Source of the DNA: Patellaria atrata CBS 101060
Taxonomy: Eukaryota
NCBI GenBank assembly: GCA_010093705.1
Contig: MU006109.1
Location: forward strand, 124,001 to 188,000
DNA length: 64,000 nt
Direction: 5' to 3'
In this document: piece by piece, positions 39,846 to 53,590 of the stretch
Layout of the letters: each line of letters starts with the position of its first letter
Position numbering within the stretch: position 1 is the first letter of the stretch
Program-made: the position numbers and the translations under genes
The notes under the pieces: model-generated
Told to the model about the DNA's origin: nothing
Database searches by the model: none
Seen by the model: the letters and a program-made list of their open reading frames with translations, nothing else

Positions 39846-42664
39846 CTATTTATCATCTTGTCCATAAAATCTGTACTTCACGTCTCCGGTCAACCCTTGA
39901 GCGGTGACCCTCTGTTCATCGTCCGGGGCGACATCCAAACAGTTATCGCTCCATTGTACTCCGTCATTCAAGAACACAAGTCCTTTTACCGGTTTCTCCG
40001 TACGGATCATCAATTCTTCCCCAGTTTGAATGACCTGGAGTCCGCGGTGAGGAAAGGTTATATGTTTAAGGGGTTGTGGCCAATCCATTTCACGAGCAAT
40101 CAGTCGACCGTCTTCATCGACCAAGCGTGCTGCTAATACAGTTGGGGAGTCTTCAGGACATTCAAATACGCAGACTTCGGTCGTACCAGTAGGCTTCGCT
40201 TCGACTTGTTCCATCTTGAAATACCTTACCCTTTTCCCCGTAGCGATATCAATATATCTCACTTCAATTGTGCATACTCTCTTTTTTGTTGTCGCATTAG
40301 CAATCCAAACGGCAAAACTAGACCTCCTAAGTGGATAGACGTGAGGGGAAGAATGATTGTTCACCCCTTTCAATCCAGCATCCGACTTGGAATTGCAGAG
40401 TGCCTCATGAATGTCGTTCCACTTGGGCTTGTCGATGCGTGTTCGGACAATACCAATAGCTAGGGGAGTCAGTGCGCGTGCGATGGTGTAATATGCTGGT
40501 TTCGGGCGCTGGAAGTGGTCAATTATCGCCCAGCTTGTCACGGGCCAGGAGTCGTTTGTCTACTCATATAGTCAGTCAGTCTCAGTACAGCCCGACAAGT
40601 TGCTAGGCCTGGGGCTGAGGCAACCTGAAAGGTGCTAATGAAGGTAGATGGAAAACGTACCTGCCAGACTAGTGCACCTCCGCACTCCCTTCCCTCGAAT
40701 GCTCTCCGCCATCCTCGGAACGCCCAGCCCATGGCCTCACTCTGAAGCAACTGTGTCAGATAAATGAAAGACTCCAAATCGAAGGATGAGAACCGAAATT
40801 GCTCGCTGATAGTAGTGAAGACTCTCTTCTCTTGTGAGGTCGCTCGACAATGGAATTCCATTTCTTGGCTCTGCGGGTGAAAATCTTTGGAATCACCGAA
40901 GAAGGTTTTGACGGTCTCTATATGTGGACAAGAGAGCATACCAAACTCCGAGACGAATCTGCCTACGAGGTCTGGATATCTTTGATAGGGTACTAGAAGC
41001 CCACTAGATACATTCCAGACGTGAATATCGCCAACAGTTCGGTCAGTATTGTTGTCCTCACCGCCCCAAGGAGACCCAGGCCAGTAAATGAGGCCAGGAG
41101 CATATCTTTTCACCAGATTGGGTAAGAGTTTCTCATATATGTAACGCGCTGGAAATGTCGATGACAACCAGGTATCCTCTGGACTAGTCATATCATGGTG
41201 TACTTGCTCTTATTAGCGTATGATATGACGGAAGAGAGACGGTTTCTCCTACAGGCTTCGCTGGCAACTTGATAATCCTCGTTGTTCCCCGCCATGATAG
41301 CAAGAGAAGGGTGCCATTTCAGTCTGTTTATATTTGCTATAGCTTCATTGGACACGCTGTCCAGGAGCGAGCTAGCCCCAGAATACTGCCCACACGCAAA
41401 GAGAAAGTCTTGCCACACTAGTACGCCCCTTTTATCACATTGCTCATAGAACGCATCATCTTCATAAATGCCGCCACCCCAGACCCGAAGCATACTTTGG
41501 TTCCCGCGTACGACCAGGTCAATCCAGGATTCATAACGAGTCGGTGTCATGCGTGGAAGAAAATTATCACCCGGAATCCAGTTGCTCCCGCCCATGAAGA
41601 TGGGTATCTCATTACAGGTGAAATAGAACGTGTTGCCCTCATCGAACTTAAATTTTGAGCCTTTAGGGATCGGAGTTTGGATCAGCTCAATCCTGCGAAA
41701 ACCTATACGCTTCGTAACCGTATCCTGAATAGTATCATCGACCGTCGAGGTTACCGTGACTGTCATAGGCCATAGTGGCTGATTCCCATGGGTGTGTGGG
41801 TACCAAAGCTCAGGGTTGGAGATTTTCGTGATTTGCAATAAAAGAACATTTGAGTGTACAGTTATCAAGCCGATCTCCTCACCCTTGGGAGTTATAATAC
41901 TTACTACAACTTTTCTGTCTTTGGTATCCCCCGCTAGCTCAACTTCAAACTTAATAGTCGCTGTTCTGAAATCCTTGCTAAGCTCATAGTGGATGTCGAA
42001 ACGTGCTATCCTAGTGTTGTACTGTTCTAACGAAATTGGTTTCCATGGCCCACATGTTACCAAGGAGGGACCCCAGTCCCACCCATAATGGTATTGCGCT
42101 TTCCTTGTATAAATTCGAGAGGAATGGCCGTTCCAACAGATCATTTTGCCAGACTTTTTCTCCATTTCCTTGCCGACGCGAATTGCTGACATAAATTGGA
42201 TCTCTAAATGATTCATTGGCTTCAGAATATGTGCGATCGGTACACGGTATGGTATGAACATGTTTTCAGACCTATTAAGCATGGATGAGATCACTCCCGC
42301 GTCGCTGCATTATTGCGAACTAACTTAAGAATCTCAATGCCGTTCAACTTCACCACGGCATAGGTATCCAGGCCCTCGAATACCAGATCGGCATACTGGC
42401 CATCTTGTGGCGTGCCTGGAAACTCGCAAGAGTATATCCAGTCCTTATCGTGGACCCATTGGACATCCTTCTCATTCATTCCAACGAAGGGGTCCGGAAT
42501 TCGACCTGCAGCCAGCAGATCCAGATGAATACTTCGAACATCAGCAAGTGTTCCACGATTCAACTACTTTGCTTTTACTTTGTAGGGATTGTGGTGTCCA
42601 CCCATTGGTGAGAGTTCATTTCACCCCATTTAAATTGTTTGAGCTCGGTTCTTCGAAGCGCCAT
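39846..42664 (-). CDS. Beta-mannosidase, glycoside hydrolase family 2, no obvious signal peptide
   Basis: IPDPF, FEGLDTYA, RKAQYHYGWDWGP, GSNWIPGD, LRVWGGGIYE, GNNED, RFVSEFG, GGALVWQ. Confidence 0.93.
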
Positions 42665-43150
42665 TACGATAATCTTCTAGCCAGAGTACATATAAAGATA
42701 AGGTAGGGATCCAGACATGCTCAATGACCCCCTTGGGCGTTCGTATATATATGCGTCTGACGAGTTAGGGGTGCATTTGGTCTTCCGTAGTACCAAAATT
42801 TCCCAGTTATCCATTTGAGGGCACAACACGCGATAATGTTCGTTAATACTATTCGAGATGAAGTCGAGATAGTGCTTCAACAGTACATTTGAAATGCAGC
42901 TCAGGGGAAGGGGTTAGGTTGTACTTCACTCGTATTGTACAGGTACGGTGAAGAACGTGATCGCGTGAAGGTAACCCTTGTAAGTTACGTTAGGTGGGCG
43001 CTATGACCCCTTAGTTCACTTACCTTATCCTCGAGTATAAATAAACAACCTAACATCGATTCCGTCAATAACTTTCATTTGTGCTGTACAGAGTATCCAA
43101 TCTAACATCCTCAATCAACAGCCTACTTGCCTTCGCTTGGATATCATCAA

Positions 43151-43614
43151 CATGGCAGAGCTTGCAGAGCTCCAAGAGAAAATACGACGACTCGAAGCAC
43201 GGTTACAGAGAAAACGGGAAAAGACCCGGAAGACAACCTTATATCAGTTTGTCGATATTTGCCATACGTTTCTACATTTAGGACTCCGTGTTCTAGAAAT
43301 CGGTAACTCAATACCAGGCATGCCATCCAACGTCAAAGGTAAATTTCGCCCACATAATATCAAGTATAGGCATTCCTTCCCACGATAAACAGAAGGTTGT
43401 TTGGAACGCCGCACTGGAATCAGATTCTGTACAGAAGCGTCGTTTTACAGATCGCCATATAATCGAAGAGACTGGGAGGCGAATCTCGGAACTCACCATG
43501 AGTTCAGGGTTGGATCTACACAATTTCCTCCAGAATGCGGTCATGTACAACGTGCAGCAAATTATCGAGGAATTCCACAGTGAGGATGATTTACGAAACA
43601 AATTGCTACCATAA
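43151..43614 (+). pseudogene. Truncated, frameshifted N-terminus of a fungal coiled-coil/kinase-like gene family
   Basis: Coiled coil then TTLYQFVDICH..L...P..I...F...Q..VW...F pattern; frameshift/stop at ~43385; no downstream kinase domain seen. Confidence 0.6.
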
Positions 43615-44266
43615 GTGTTTACTCTAACATAGACTCTTCTGCATCCAGCTGATAGTCATATCGCGAGGCCTCCATAGGGTTGCACTGTACACCATTGGCT
43701 GTGGACTCCAGCTGTACGGGATGCGATAAGGCGTGGAATCAGAACAGTATTGTGTATTGCCGTACTGTCGACGTGAGGTTTGCAAAGATATGTATCGGAG
43801 CATGGTCAGTTTTAATATTCTTAAGATGCCGCACTGCAGTCAGTCGTGGGCATCGGCCAGAACTAGACAAGCTGTACAAACCTCGGAAATGATTTCAACA
43901 ACAATACTGCCTGAAACGATGCCCCTAAATTAGATGTCTAGGTAAACTAGGGTAGAACCTTATCAAGTTCATTTCACGTCTTCTTGACAGAAGAATGTAT
44001 GCACCATGGATCTACTTTGCCTAACCGTCACTTGCTTTTCAATCTTACATAACATAAATTTCTCATTCCACACCTTTGGACACAAAATGCCCCCAGAGAC
44101 GCCAAAAATGCCCACCTCAATCCCGCGCCGGGTAAATCTACATTCAAACGACAGAGCTCGAAAGAAGAGGGGAGTGATCGAGAAATGTACAGTGTAAGAA
44201 GAGAGATGTGCAAGTTACAAGTTAAGCAGTCTTCTGTAGGTTTTGAATTTAGCTGTATCATCCAGT

Positions 44267-45824
44267 TTATTCGAGAATTCTGGTGATGAGGCCAGTTGCC
44301 ACGGTACGACCCCCCTCACGGACGTTGAATCGTTGACCCTGTTCAATGGCGAGCGGGTGCATGATCTCGACAGTCATTTCGATGTTGTCGCCCGGCATAG
44401 CCATCTTGGAGGAGTCGACGCCCTCGGGCCAGTTAAGGGTTGCGGATTCGTCTAGTCTGGTCAGCTCGAGTTCACCAATTTCTAACCACAATTCTGTAGC
44501 CAGGGTGACATACCCGCAGTTCTAATAAACAGTTGTGGCCTATAGTTTCCATGGAATCCAGTATGACGACCACCTTCTTCCTTGGAGAGGACATACATGG
44601 ACGCGAGGAACTTCCTGTGAGCAGTAACGGAGCCGGGTTTGGCGATAACCATTCCACGCTTGATATCATCGCGCTTGACTCCACGGAGGAGCAGGCCAGA
44701 GTTATCTCCAGCGCGGGACTCATCGCAGGATTTCTTGAAGGTCTCGATATCTGTGACTTTGGTCTTGATGGGTGCGGCAACCTTGCCGACAATCTCCACT
44801 TCGGAATCCTTCTTTAGGACACCGCGCTCTACACGACCGGAGGCGACGGTACCACGACCCGAGATAGAGAACACGTCTTCGACAGAGAGAAGGAAAGGTT
44901 TATCGAGGCTGCGCTCGGGGGTGGGGATCCATTCGTCTACCGCGGCGAGTAGCTCATCGACTTTCTGTTCGCCAATCTCTGGTTGTTTCCCTTCCAGTGC
45001 GCAGAGAGCTGAGCCCATAACAATGGGAGTCTCATCACCTTCAAAGCCGTACGATGAGAGAAGCTCGCGCATTTCCATCTCTACGAGTTCCAACATCTCT
45101 TTGTCGTCGATGGTGTCCACTTTGTTAACAAAAACGACAATCTTTTGTACGCCGACTTGTCGAGCAAGTAGAAGATGCTCTCTTGTCTGAGGCCTACGAA
45201 CAGTTAGCCCAATGATCTTATGCCGTTATGAAGGAAGATCGTACATTTGCCCATCTGAAGCCGCCACTACGATAACCGCACCGTCCATGCTAGCCGCGCC
45301 CGTAATCATGTTCTTGATATAATCGGCGTGACCGGGGCAGTCAACGTGGGAGTAATGGCGGTTGTCTGTGGAGTATTCGACGTGGGCGGTGGCAATGGTA
45401 ATACCACGCTTTCGCTCTTCAGGTGCTTTGTCAATGTTGTTATAATCGAGAAACGTCGCCAATCCCTTCTCTGCTTGTCTCTTGGTGATGGCTGCGGTCA
45501 ATGTGGTCTATTATCCTCAATTAGAACCCTCTCTTTCATATCAATAACAATGAATGTACCTTTCCGTGATCGACGTGCCCAATGGTTCCTATTACGAACA
45601 TTAGCTGTGTCTTTAATAGAATAGTCATTTGATTGAGAGATGCAGTACATACCAATATTTACATGGGGCTTAGTACGCTCGAATACTTGAGCATAATGTC
45701 TAACAGCTCCAACATATTGAGCTCCCCCCTTCGACCCCAAGCCATATTGAATTGGGTTGAAGGCACTCTGGCGCCGTATCGCATAGTGACTGGTGCGTAA
45801 TAAAGTCTGAACGAAAGCAGACAT
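44267..45824 (-). CDS. tuf1: Mitochondrial elongation factor Tu
   Basis: [59 protein letters not shown]; presequence. Confidence 0.97.
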
Positions 45825-46269
45825 CTTCAAATATGACACACAAACACCTAGAATTAAAGAAAATATAAAGAAGGACAATTGGGGATGCAATGATTGATGA
45901 TGGGATGTGATCAAGGTCGATGATTTCTCTCTCGCCAGTCCGAAAGATTACTTAGCGCGAAATTCTGCATGGTCAGTGCGTAGGGAGAACAAAGCTTCTA
46001 TGAGCCGGCGGAGTTCAATTTCCACTACGTATTTTGCTATTTCGTAGATATATCTTCAATTCTATTCCTCTTCTCAATTGATCAATTAGACCCAAAATTA
46101 TCTTCTCGTCTGATCAGTTGCTAAACCAACTCGTAACAATATCAAATGAGCTGTTGAAGACCTTAGCAACATCCCCAGCCCGCATACCCGAGGCTCGGCT
46201 TAGGCTGTCGAGCTTCCCATCATCATATAGAGCTCCCCTTGGTCCCCTCATATCGAACAGCAAGCCTTG

Positions 46270-47824
46270 ATGTCGCTCAAGACTTGTTTCATCCGGGCAG
46301 CAGCACCAGCCAGATGGTGTAAGCGAACAGCAGCCGTAACGATGCCTCTCAAAGCTCGGATATCACCCTCAGCATTCAGCTCACAGCGAAATGTAAGTAG
46401 CGTCAAACTTGGACCTGCAGACGGAGATCTGACTAGTTATGCAGTATTCAATGGAGAAAGAAATCAGCGATCTTGTTAAGGAGCAACCCGGGGACGAACC
46501 AGATGATGTCCTATTCGATAAAACATATGGCGTGCGGACGATTGAATTGAATAGACCGAAGAAGTTGAACTCGCTAAATGGATCGATGGCGCGGAAAATC
46601 ATACCACGACTAAAAGAATGGGAAAAGTCACAACTCGCAAATGTTATAATAATGAAAGGTGTCGGGCGTGCCTTTTGCGCCGGTGGTGATGTAGCTGCGC
46701 TCGCGAACTGGAATCGGCAAGGGAAAGAAGGACAACAGAACTCGATAGATTACTTCGCCCTGGAATATAAGCTGGACCATCTCATTGCTACGTATACTAA
46801 ACCCTATGTGGCATTTATGGACGGGATTACGATGGGTGGAGGCGTCGGGTTGAGCGTACATGCTCCCTTCCGGATAGCTACCGAGAACACCGTATTCGCG
46901 ATGCCCGAGACAACTATCGGTTTCTTCCCTGACGTCGGGGCGAGTTTCTTCTTACCGAAGATGGACGGAGCGTTAGGGACATACCTAGCTCTTACCAGCG
47001 AGCAGCTCAAAGGTGTAGATGTCTTCTACCAGGGCATCGCAACCCACTACATCCACTCCTCCACTCTCCCGGACCTCGAATCCCGCCTCGCTGAACTCAC
47101 ATTTAAAGACTACATGACTGACACCGAGCGCTACAAACTCATCAACGCCACAATCGAAGAATTCGTCTCCGGTCTCCCCTCGCCTCGTCCCCACATCTCC
47201 GGCTCCCTTCGCCGCGCAGTCGACCACTGCTTCGCTCCCTCCGACATCTCTGAGATCCTCTCATCCCTCGCCCACGTTAAGGAGCACGAACCCGAACTCG
47301 CCGGGTGGGCGTCCAAAACCACCGAAACAATAAACACCAGGTCTCCGACTTCCGTGCTGGTAAGCTTGAGGCAGATGCAGTTGGGCCAGAGGTGGGATAT
47401 CGCCCAAACTTTCCAAAAGGAGTTGAACATCGCTGCACATTTCATGGCTCACCACGACTTCGTCGAAGGCGTAACCGCTCGCTTGATCGAACGAAAGAAA
47501 GAACGGCCGAACTGGCAGCCTAACTCCTTCGAGGATGCGACACCCGAGTCCATCGACGCGTTTTTCCAGCCCGCCGGCCAAACCCTAAGTCTACTGGAAA
47601 AGGGTGAAGGCGCAAGTTATAAGGATTATCCCCACGCATGGATTGGGCTACCGAGGGAGCGGGAGATCATGGGATTTGTTAACGAAGGCGGTAAGAATAG
47701 GGAGGAAGTTGTGGCGTACTTCTTGCAAAGTAAGGATGGGAAAATGGGGGTTAGGGAGAAGGTGGACGAGGTATTAGAACGGCTGGCGCAGGTGGATACT
47801 GATGGGACATTATCTGTGCCTTGA
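46270..47824 (+). CDS. ehd3: Mitochondrial 3-hydroxyisobutyryl-CoA hydrolase / mS47 (crotonase fold)
   Basis: LNRPKKLNSL, AFCAGGDV, MDGITMGGGVGLS, FAMPETTIGFFPDVG, DFVEGV. Confidence 0.93.
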
Positions 47825-48036
47825 TTTTGTCAAGTAGACTCGGATTTTTGTATCACTGTGCTGTACATATCATCACTCAAATGTACTGAGGTATTAAAGA
47901 GTCATATGAGGCGCTTATGAGCGATACCACCAGCGCCATACTAGAGTACTGAGAGTTATCTAAAAGCTGAGAACCCCGTTCCATCGCCCATTCTATGTAA
48001 AACCGTGAAATTCATATATCGTACAAAACCCTCCAT

Positions 48037-49703
48037 CTATCTTATCTCCACACAATCGGCAAGACCCGGCAAAAGCTCCCGAAACTTCGGCCCGAGACTC
48101 CAGTTCCGCAAGTCCCGAAGGTGCTCCTCAAACGCCGGGTTGATGAGCCACTGCTCCTCCTCGCTCTGTACGGGGCGTCCCATACCATTCTCGGTCACCG
48201 GAGTCTCCGGTGTGCCGACCTGTACTGCTGTACTGAAGGGACTTGTGGCCGTACCTGAGGTGGGCGTGTACACGGAGGAGGCGGAGGGAAGCGGGGACGC
48301 CGTAGTACCGGCAGCGGGGTACAGTGGGGCGGGAGGCTCCAGGTGGTGGCTCCGCAGGCCCTGCGCGGGGGAAGAGGCGCAGACGAGGACATCCCGCGGG
48401 TCGTGGGGCCAGTTCAGGTTTATAGTGGTGGTGAACGGGATGAAGAAGTCTGCGAAGTGAATGAAGGGGTCGAGGAGAACCATGCGGTCCCTGAGGCGGG
48501 GAAAGGGGAGATAGTCTATCCACGCGGGGTGGGGCGTGAATAGGGAGGCCGCGCGCGGGGTCACCCAGTCCGGGAGGCGGTTGTAGTTCTCAGGGGTCGG
48601 ATCCACGAGCCACCGCATCACGAGGAACATGATAAAGATTATTGCTACTTGTTCCGGGAGCCCCTTGATGGCTTCGAAGGTACCGAGGATGTCGGTCAAT
48701 ACGCGGGACAACTGGTGACTGTATGTGGTGTTGGTTGGCTCGATGAGCGCAGAGAAGTTTGGATACGCCGGCCCAGCAAGCGTAGAGCGTGATACGCCGC
48801 GTACAGCTTGGGCGTCACAATCCCGTAGGCAACCCAGGAGGATCTCGTCGAGAGGGCAAGTTGATTGTATGGTTTTAGGAAAGACGAGATGGGGAGCGTT
48901 GATAGGCACAATACTATTGAGGGGAGTGCCGTCGTGGCGTTTGATCAGACGTTCGCTACCAGACAACAGGAAATTGAGACCGAGACGCTCATCGGAGTAG
49001 AGCGGTTCGGGGGGAATCATGCGGCCAGTGTTCAACGGTTCTACGAGTGCGGGATCTGTAGTTGGTGGCCAGGACCGCACATCGCTCGTTGGTGGTGCAC
49101 CAGGGAATGCCCAATTCCTCTCACCATGTGATTGGGATGGAGGACTCGAGGTGGATTGTGCTGCGAGTGCGGGATGTATATCTGGAGAAGCAAGGTGATC
49201 GTAAGATCGTTGAACTCTATCATGGGCGTCTATATTCTGGGAAACGGCTGAATGAGTATTGCGTTCAGCGGCATCAGCCAGATCTGTTAATTATCTTAGC
49301 AGCGTGTTACAATGATTACATGCAGTGACTGTATATTACCATTCAGACTCTGCGTTCCTGGATGATTGATCCCCAATACAGGTTGAATCAGCGCCAGAAC
49401 GGCCGTCAACCTCGAGCGGATGTCATTGTTTTCAGCTTGAATAGCTTCCTTCTCTCTCAAGGCATGCTGAAGTTCAATCTGCGGCCTTTGAGACTCGAGC
49501 TTATTAATGCGTGCTTTAAGCTGCTCGATCGTGCTTTTGGTTCTCTCTCGGATTGCGCGTTGAGCTTCTCGGTCATTTGCGCGTTTCCTTTCGAGTTGCT
49601 GAGGTGTAAGATTCGCAACACCGCGAGGTGAAGGGTTTACTGAAGTGCGGCGTCTCTTCTTAGTATTCTGGTCAGATTGATCTTCGTTATTATCCGACTG
49701 CAT
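48037..49703 (-). CDS. bZIP transcription factor with C-terminal DUF3425-type domain
   Basis: QLERKRANDREAQRAIRERTK basic region plus zipper; PHPAWIDYLPFPRLRD...LNWP...NPAFEEHLRDLRNWSL. Confidence 0.88.
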
Positions 49704-50080
49704 GGTCACGATTGCGCTGGCGCAGGGGGAATGTTTTGAGGTAAGGCCTCTTGGCTTGGACTCGTGTTAATGACTCCAAATTCTCTCGCTTAACTTAAAT
49801 GCACGACTCAGAGCAGGCTGACTAAGACTAGCTTGTATCAACCTCAAGTATAACTCCTCCCGTCCCGCCTTAGTCTTTCCCCTCCAAGTACTTGTACAAG
49901 TAAAAGTATGTCTCGGATATCGATCACCGAGAACCGTGCTATGTTTAGTCATAGCCAGCTATGCGTTGTGTCCGTTGACACTAGGGACTCTGATCAGAAT
50001 CTGGGAAAGACATACTGTATAATACGTCCTTCAGGAACAAACCGTAAAGCTGTATATACTTGATTGCATTCTCATTAGCC

Positions 50081-51292
50081 ATGGGAACAAAACTACAAGC
50101 CGCTTCTGTTTTTACAAAGACCTGTACGTGCCGAAGATTCCCAATGATCCCCCTTCTGACACTTCTCAGTGGGAGCAGCCCTCGCCAGGGTCATAACATC
50201 GAGATTTAAGGGAGACAGGGCGCATCCGGTCTACTTCAAAGATGTCATCTTCGCATCCATGCGCACCGCGTTAGGTAATTCCACTATTGAAGCAGACAAA
50301 GCAGGCATCCAGCAGTCAACCGAACAAGCATACCATGCGGTAGTGAAGCAGTTCGGCTTTGAACCAAACAGCGTAGAGCTTAATGACGGCGCCAAAGCAC
50401 ACTGGATGGGCAACAAAAGAGCTTCGAAGACTCTAGTCTATCTTCACGGTTTGTAGAATGGTAAGATGCTAAAGATATATGCCAGTGCTAACAATCAAAA
50501 GGAGGAGCTTACATCATGCCAGCAAACACAAGTCAGCTCACTTGGGTTCATGAACTGATGACCACAATGAACGAAGGTCATAAGCCCGGCTCGGACGTCT
50601 CGGTCGTCATCTTGGAGTACTACACAACCCCCGCACACCGGTACCCAGTACAGCTTCAACAAGCCATTGCACTCCTACGATATCTTCTTGAAACTGAATC
50701 AAGAGATCCCTCTAGTGTATGTCTCCTGCTTCCACTTCTGAGCAATTCCCTCTAACAGGCACAGTTATTCCTCCTAGGGGATTCGGCGGGTGGCAATCTC
50801 TGCCTCGCTCTACTTTCCCACATCTCTCACCCGCACCATTCCCTACCGAAACTCTCCGTGCCGTCACCACTCGGAGGTGCTTGCCTCATCTCGCCTTGGG
50901 TCTCCTTCAACACTGAGGAAGATGCATACTACAGAAATGCATCCTCTGACGCGTTTGACGGCCGCGCTCTAGGCCGTTGGTCGCACGCATTTCTCGGATC
51001 GCCAGCGAACAGTGATTACTACTCCGAGCCCGCTACTGCTCCACCGTCCTGGTGGGAAGGTTTTGAAAACATTGTTTCAGAGGTGTTGATCTGGGCAGGT
51101 GGTGCAGAGGTTTTGATTGATGGCATTAGAGCGTTCGCCAAACGGTTTAAGGCGGGGTATAAGGGAGGCTTGTCTATTGTGGAAACACCCAGGGCCGCGC
51201 ATGAGGAAATGATAATAGATACTATGCTGGGATATAAGAAGAAAGGGGTCTACCAGTTGGAGGTGGAGAACTGGGTCAAAGCTAAGTTGTAG
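50081..51292 (+). CDS. Alpha/beta hydrolase (HSL-like, Say1/Mug180-type), 3 introns
   Basis: YLHG|GAY, YPVQLQQA, LLGDSAGGNL nucleophile motif, LISPW, HEE. Confidence 0.88.
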
Positions 51293-52199
51293 TATATTCG
51301 AGGAAAGGGTAATATGCGTTAGGATTGAGGTTATGCATTTGGGCCGACACTTGCAAGTCTACGTTTATATTTCTGCTTACTGGCGAATACAGATCTGTCG
51401 TACCGTTTAGCTGGTACAATGCATACGTTTCTTGACTCGACATCTCTATTCGTGAACCAGCTCCGGCCGTAGCCACGTCCTTCCCTTGAATGATTGCTTA
51501 CTGGGCACTTCAGTTAAATCCGGAATATTGAGAGATTACAGTTTTGTGAGGCTAGGCCGATTGTGCGGCTACCACTCCCTTTACGTTTGCATGTTCGTTG
51601 TACAGTACAGTCAGCGATAGCTTGAAGTGGGTGCGTATAGTACATGGAGAACATACGGAAAGAGACACTGAACACGAACAGTATGTATTTTAGATTGGAT
51701 AATGGTGATATTACAGAGACCGCTTGCTTGTAGTAGATCATGGCATGATAATACAGTTATCTCTTCGTTCTAATCCTAGGTAATCATTTATTTTAATGGG
51801 GTGTTAGAAGAAAACTTATGTCATGCATCGCAGTACAAGGTCCAGGAGGAAATGAGATGAATCATAAGATAGTAAGCGCACCAAATGTAAGTATAGTGTA
51901 TCCATTTGTTTATACTTTCAGCTGAATATCCCCCAGTAATATCAAGTTTCTGCCTCTGGTATGAACAATAGCCGCGCACTTAAAGATAATGGAGATCAAT
52001 AGGAGAGACCGTAGGCTTGTAATAGGACGAGTGTCCAAAGAATCTGATAGACAATTCTCAGGAATTTTGCTAGCAGATCCTGATTGGATCTGTAGTACCA
52101 GTCCTATGGTATTGCTACTAACGTCATGGTCAGTTGAGACTGGAGTATTCAAGTGAAGAATGGCTTTACCATGCTTATCTTGTAGGGTCTACCCACCCA

Positions 52200-53050
52200 T
52201 CATAGGCCCATCAATTTCGAATGTAGCTTACGCTCCATAGATTCGAGCAGAGAATGATACGCTTCTCTCAGCTCCGGGACGTTATTGCCAGAATGACGCA
52301 ACATCCATCGGTTCGGGACTGTGCTAAACGACGAGCTCGTAAGAGGAATCTGCACCAGACACGCATAGTAACCAGATCAGAATCCAATGTCAGCACGTGC
52401 GATGATTACCTCAATGCGAGAGGGAGATAACAGGTATAAGATTCCAGCGCACACTATATGGATCAACAATCTATTGTGTGGACACCGAGCTTATTACATA
52501 CTATAGAACTGCCGATGCTCTTCTTCATTAAAGTTTCCTGTGGGGATAACCTTGGTAGAAGAGATTTCCTAGTCGAAATCAAAGCATGAGTACACTTTGA
52601 TACTTTCAATCAACTTTGACGCCATGGTGTTTAATGAGAAGGTATAGGAATAGCGATTGGAGATGAGGGAAAGAAGCGAAGCAGGAAATAAGAAAATTAC
52701 CGGAGAGGAATTTGTACAAAAGAGTGAACCCCAGTTGGAAGTGCACCTTGCATTCCATCTTTTTCAATAACTGCTTATAAGCCTCATCTCGCTCATGGGA
52801 CCCGTTAGCTCGGTAGAGAAGCTTAAATTTGTCGGCCGACCAAGATGTGGGCACCCATATGCTTGCGTGATAGATTCCATTGCCGAACGAGATGAGGATT
52901 ATAAGATCCTCGGGATCTGCAATAAACAGGATATGGGCACAAACTATATTACATCAGTAGATTCCATTGCAGGAGCGATATAGGAGACTCGCCAAAAAAA
53001 AATTGGCGGCGCTCCTCCTCGTTGAAGATCGAGCTTGGAAAGAGAGGGTT
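52200..53050 (-). pseudogene. Disabled gene with two tandem copies of an uncharacterised domain
   Basis: IVCAHILF..GNGIYHASIWVP..RDEAYKQLLKKMECKVHFQL (~52950-52730) and IVCAGILY..*SGYYACLVQIP..REAYHSLLESMERKLHSKL (~52460-52200); in-frame TGA stops; 5' end uncertain. Confidence 0.6.
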
Positions 53051-53590
53051 AATGTTTAGATATTCCTGATGAGATAGTCATGCAGGACTATCTCAGAACG
53101 GGCCATCGTAATAGTTGAAACTGGTAGTTATGATGGAAGAAGGAAGCGATCAGCCGGATGAGGAGACTCCCGGTTGTTGTTTCGGTGGTATGAGTTGACT
53201 TTGAAGCTTCGATTGGTTTATTCTCTTGTCTATAGACTCAGATAAAAGATGAGGGATTGGGAACGTATATGAACGCGTCTGGAGCATAGTACAGAACAGT
53301 TTATGATTCGCTCTCCCTTCCCGTCAACTTCAATGATGAAATAGTCACCTGCAAGCAAGCTCAAGGTAAAAGATGGAAACATAGCTAATGTGAATCGTGA
53401 GAAACAGTTTGACTTGCCAAATATTTTATTTTCTTTGAAACGTATCTCTGCTAAACATTCCTCTTCACTGAAAGATGCATTTTATAAAAAGGGCGTTACC
53501 CTAACAAACATATTTCTGAACTTATTCAGGACGCTACCATAAACTCATATGCAGAATATTATCAGACACTTACTCAATTTGAACCTAAAA

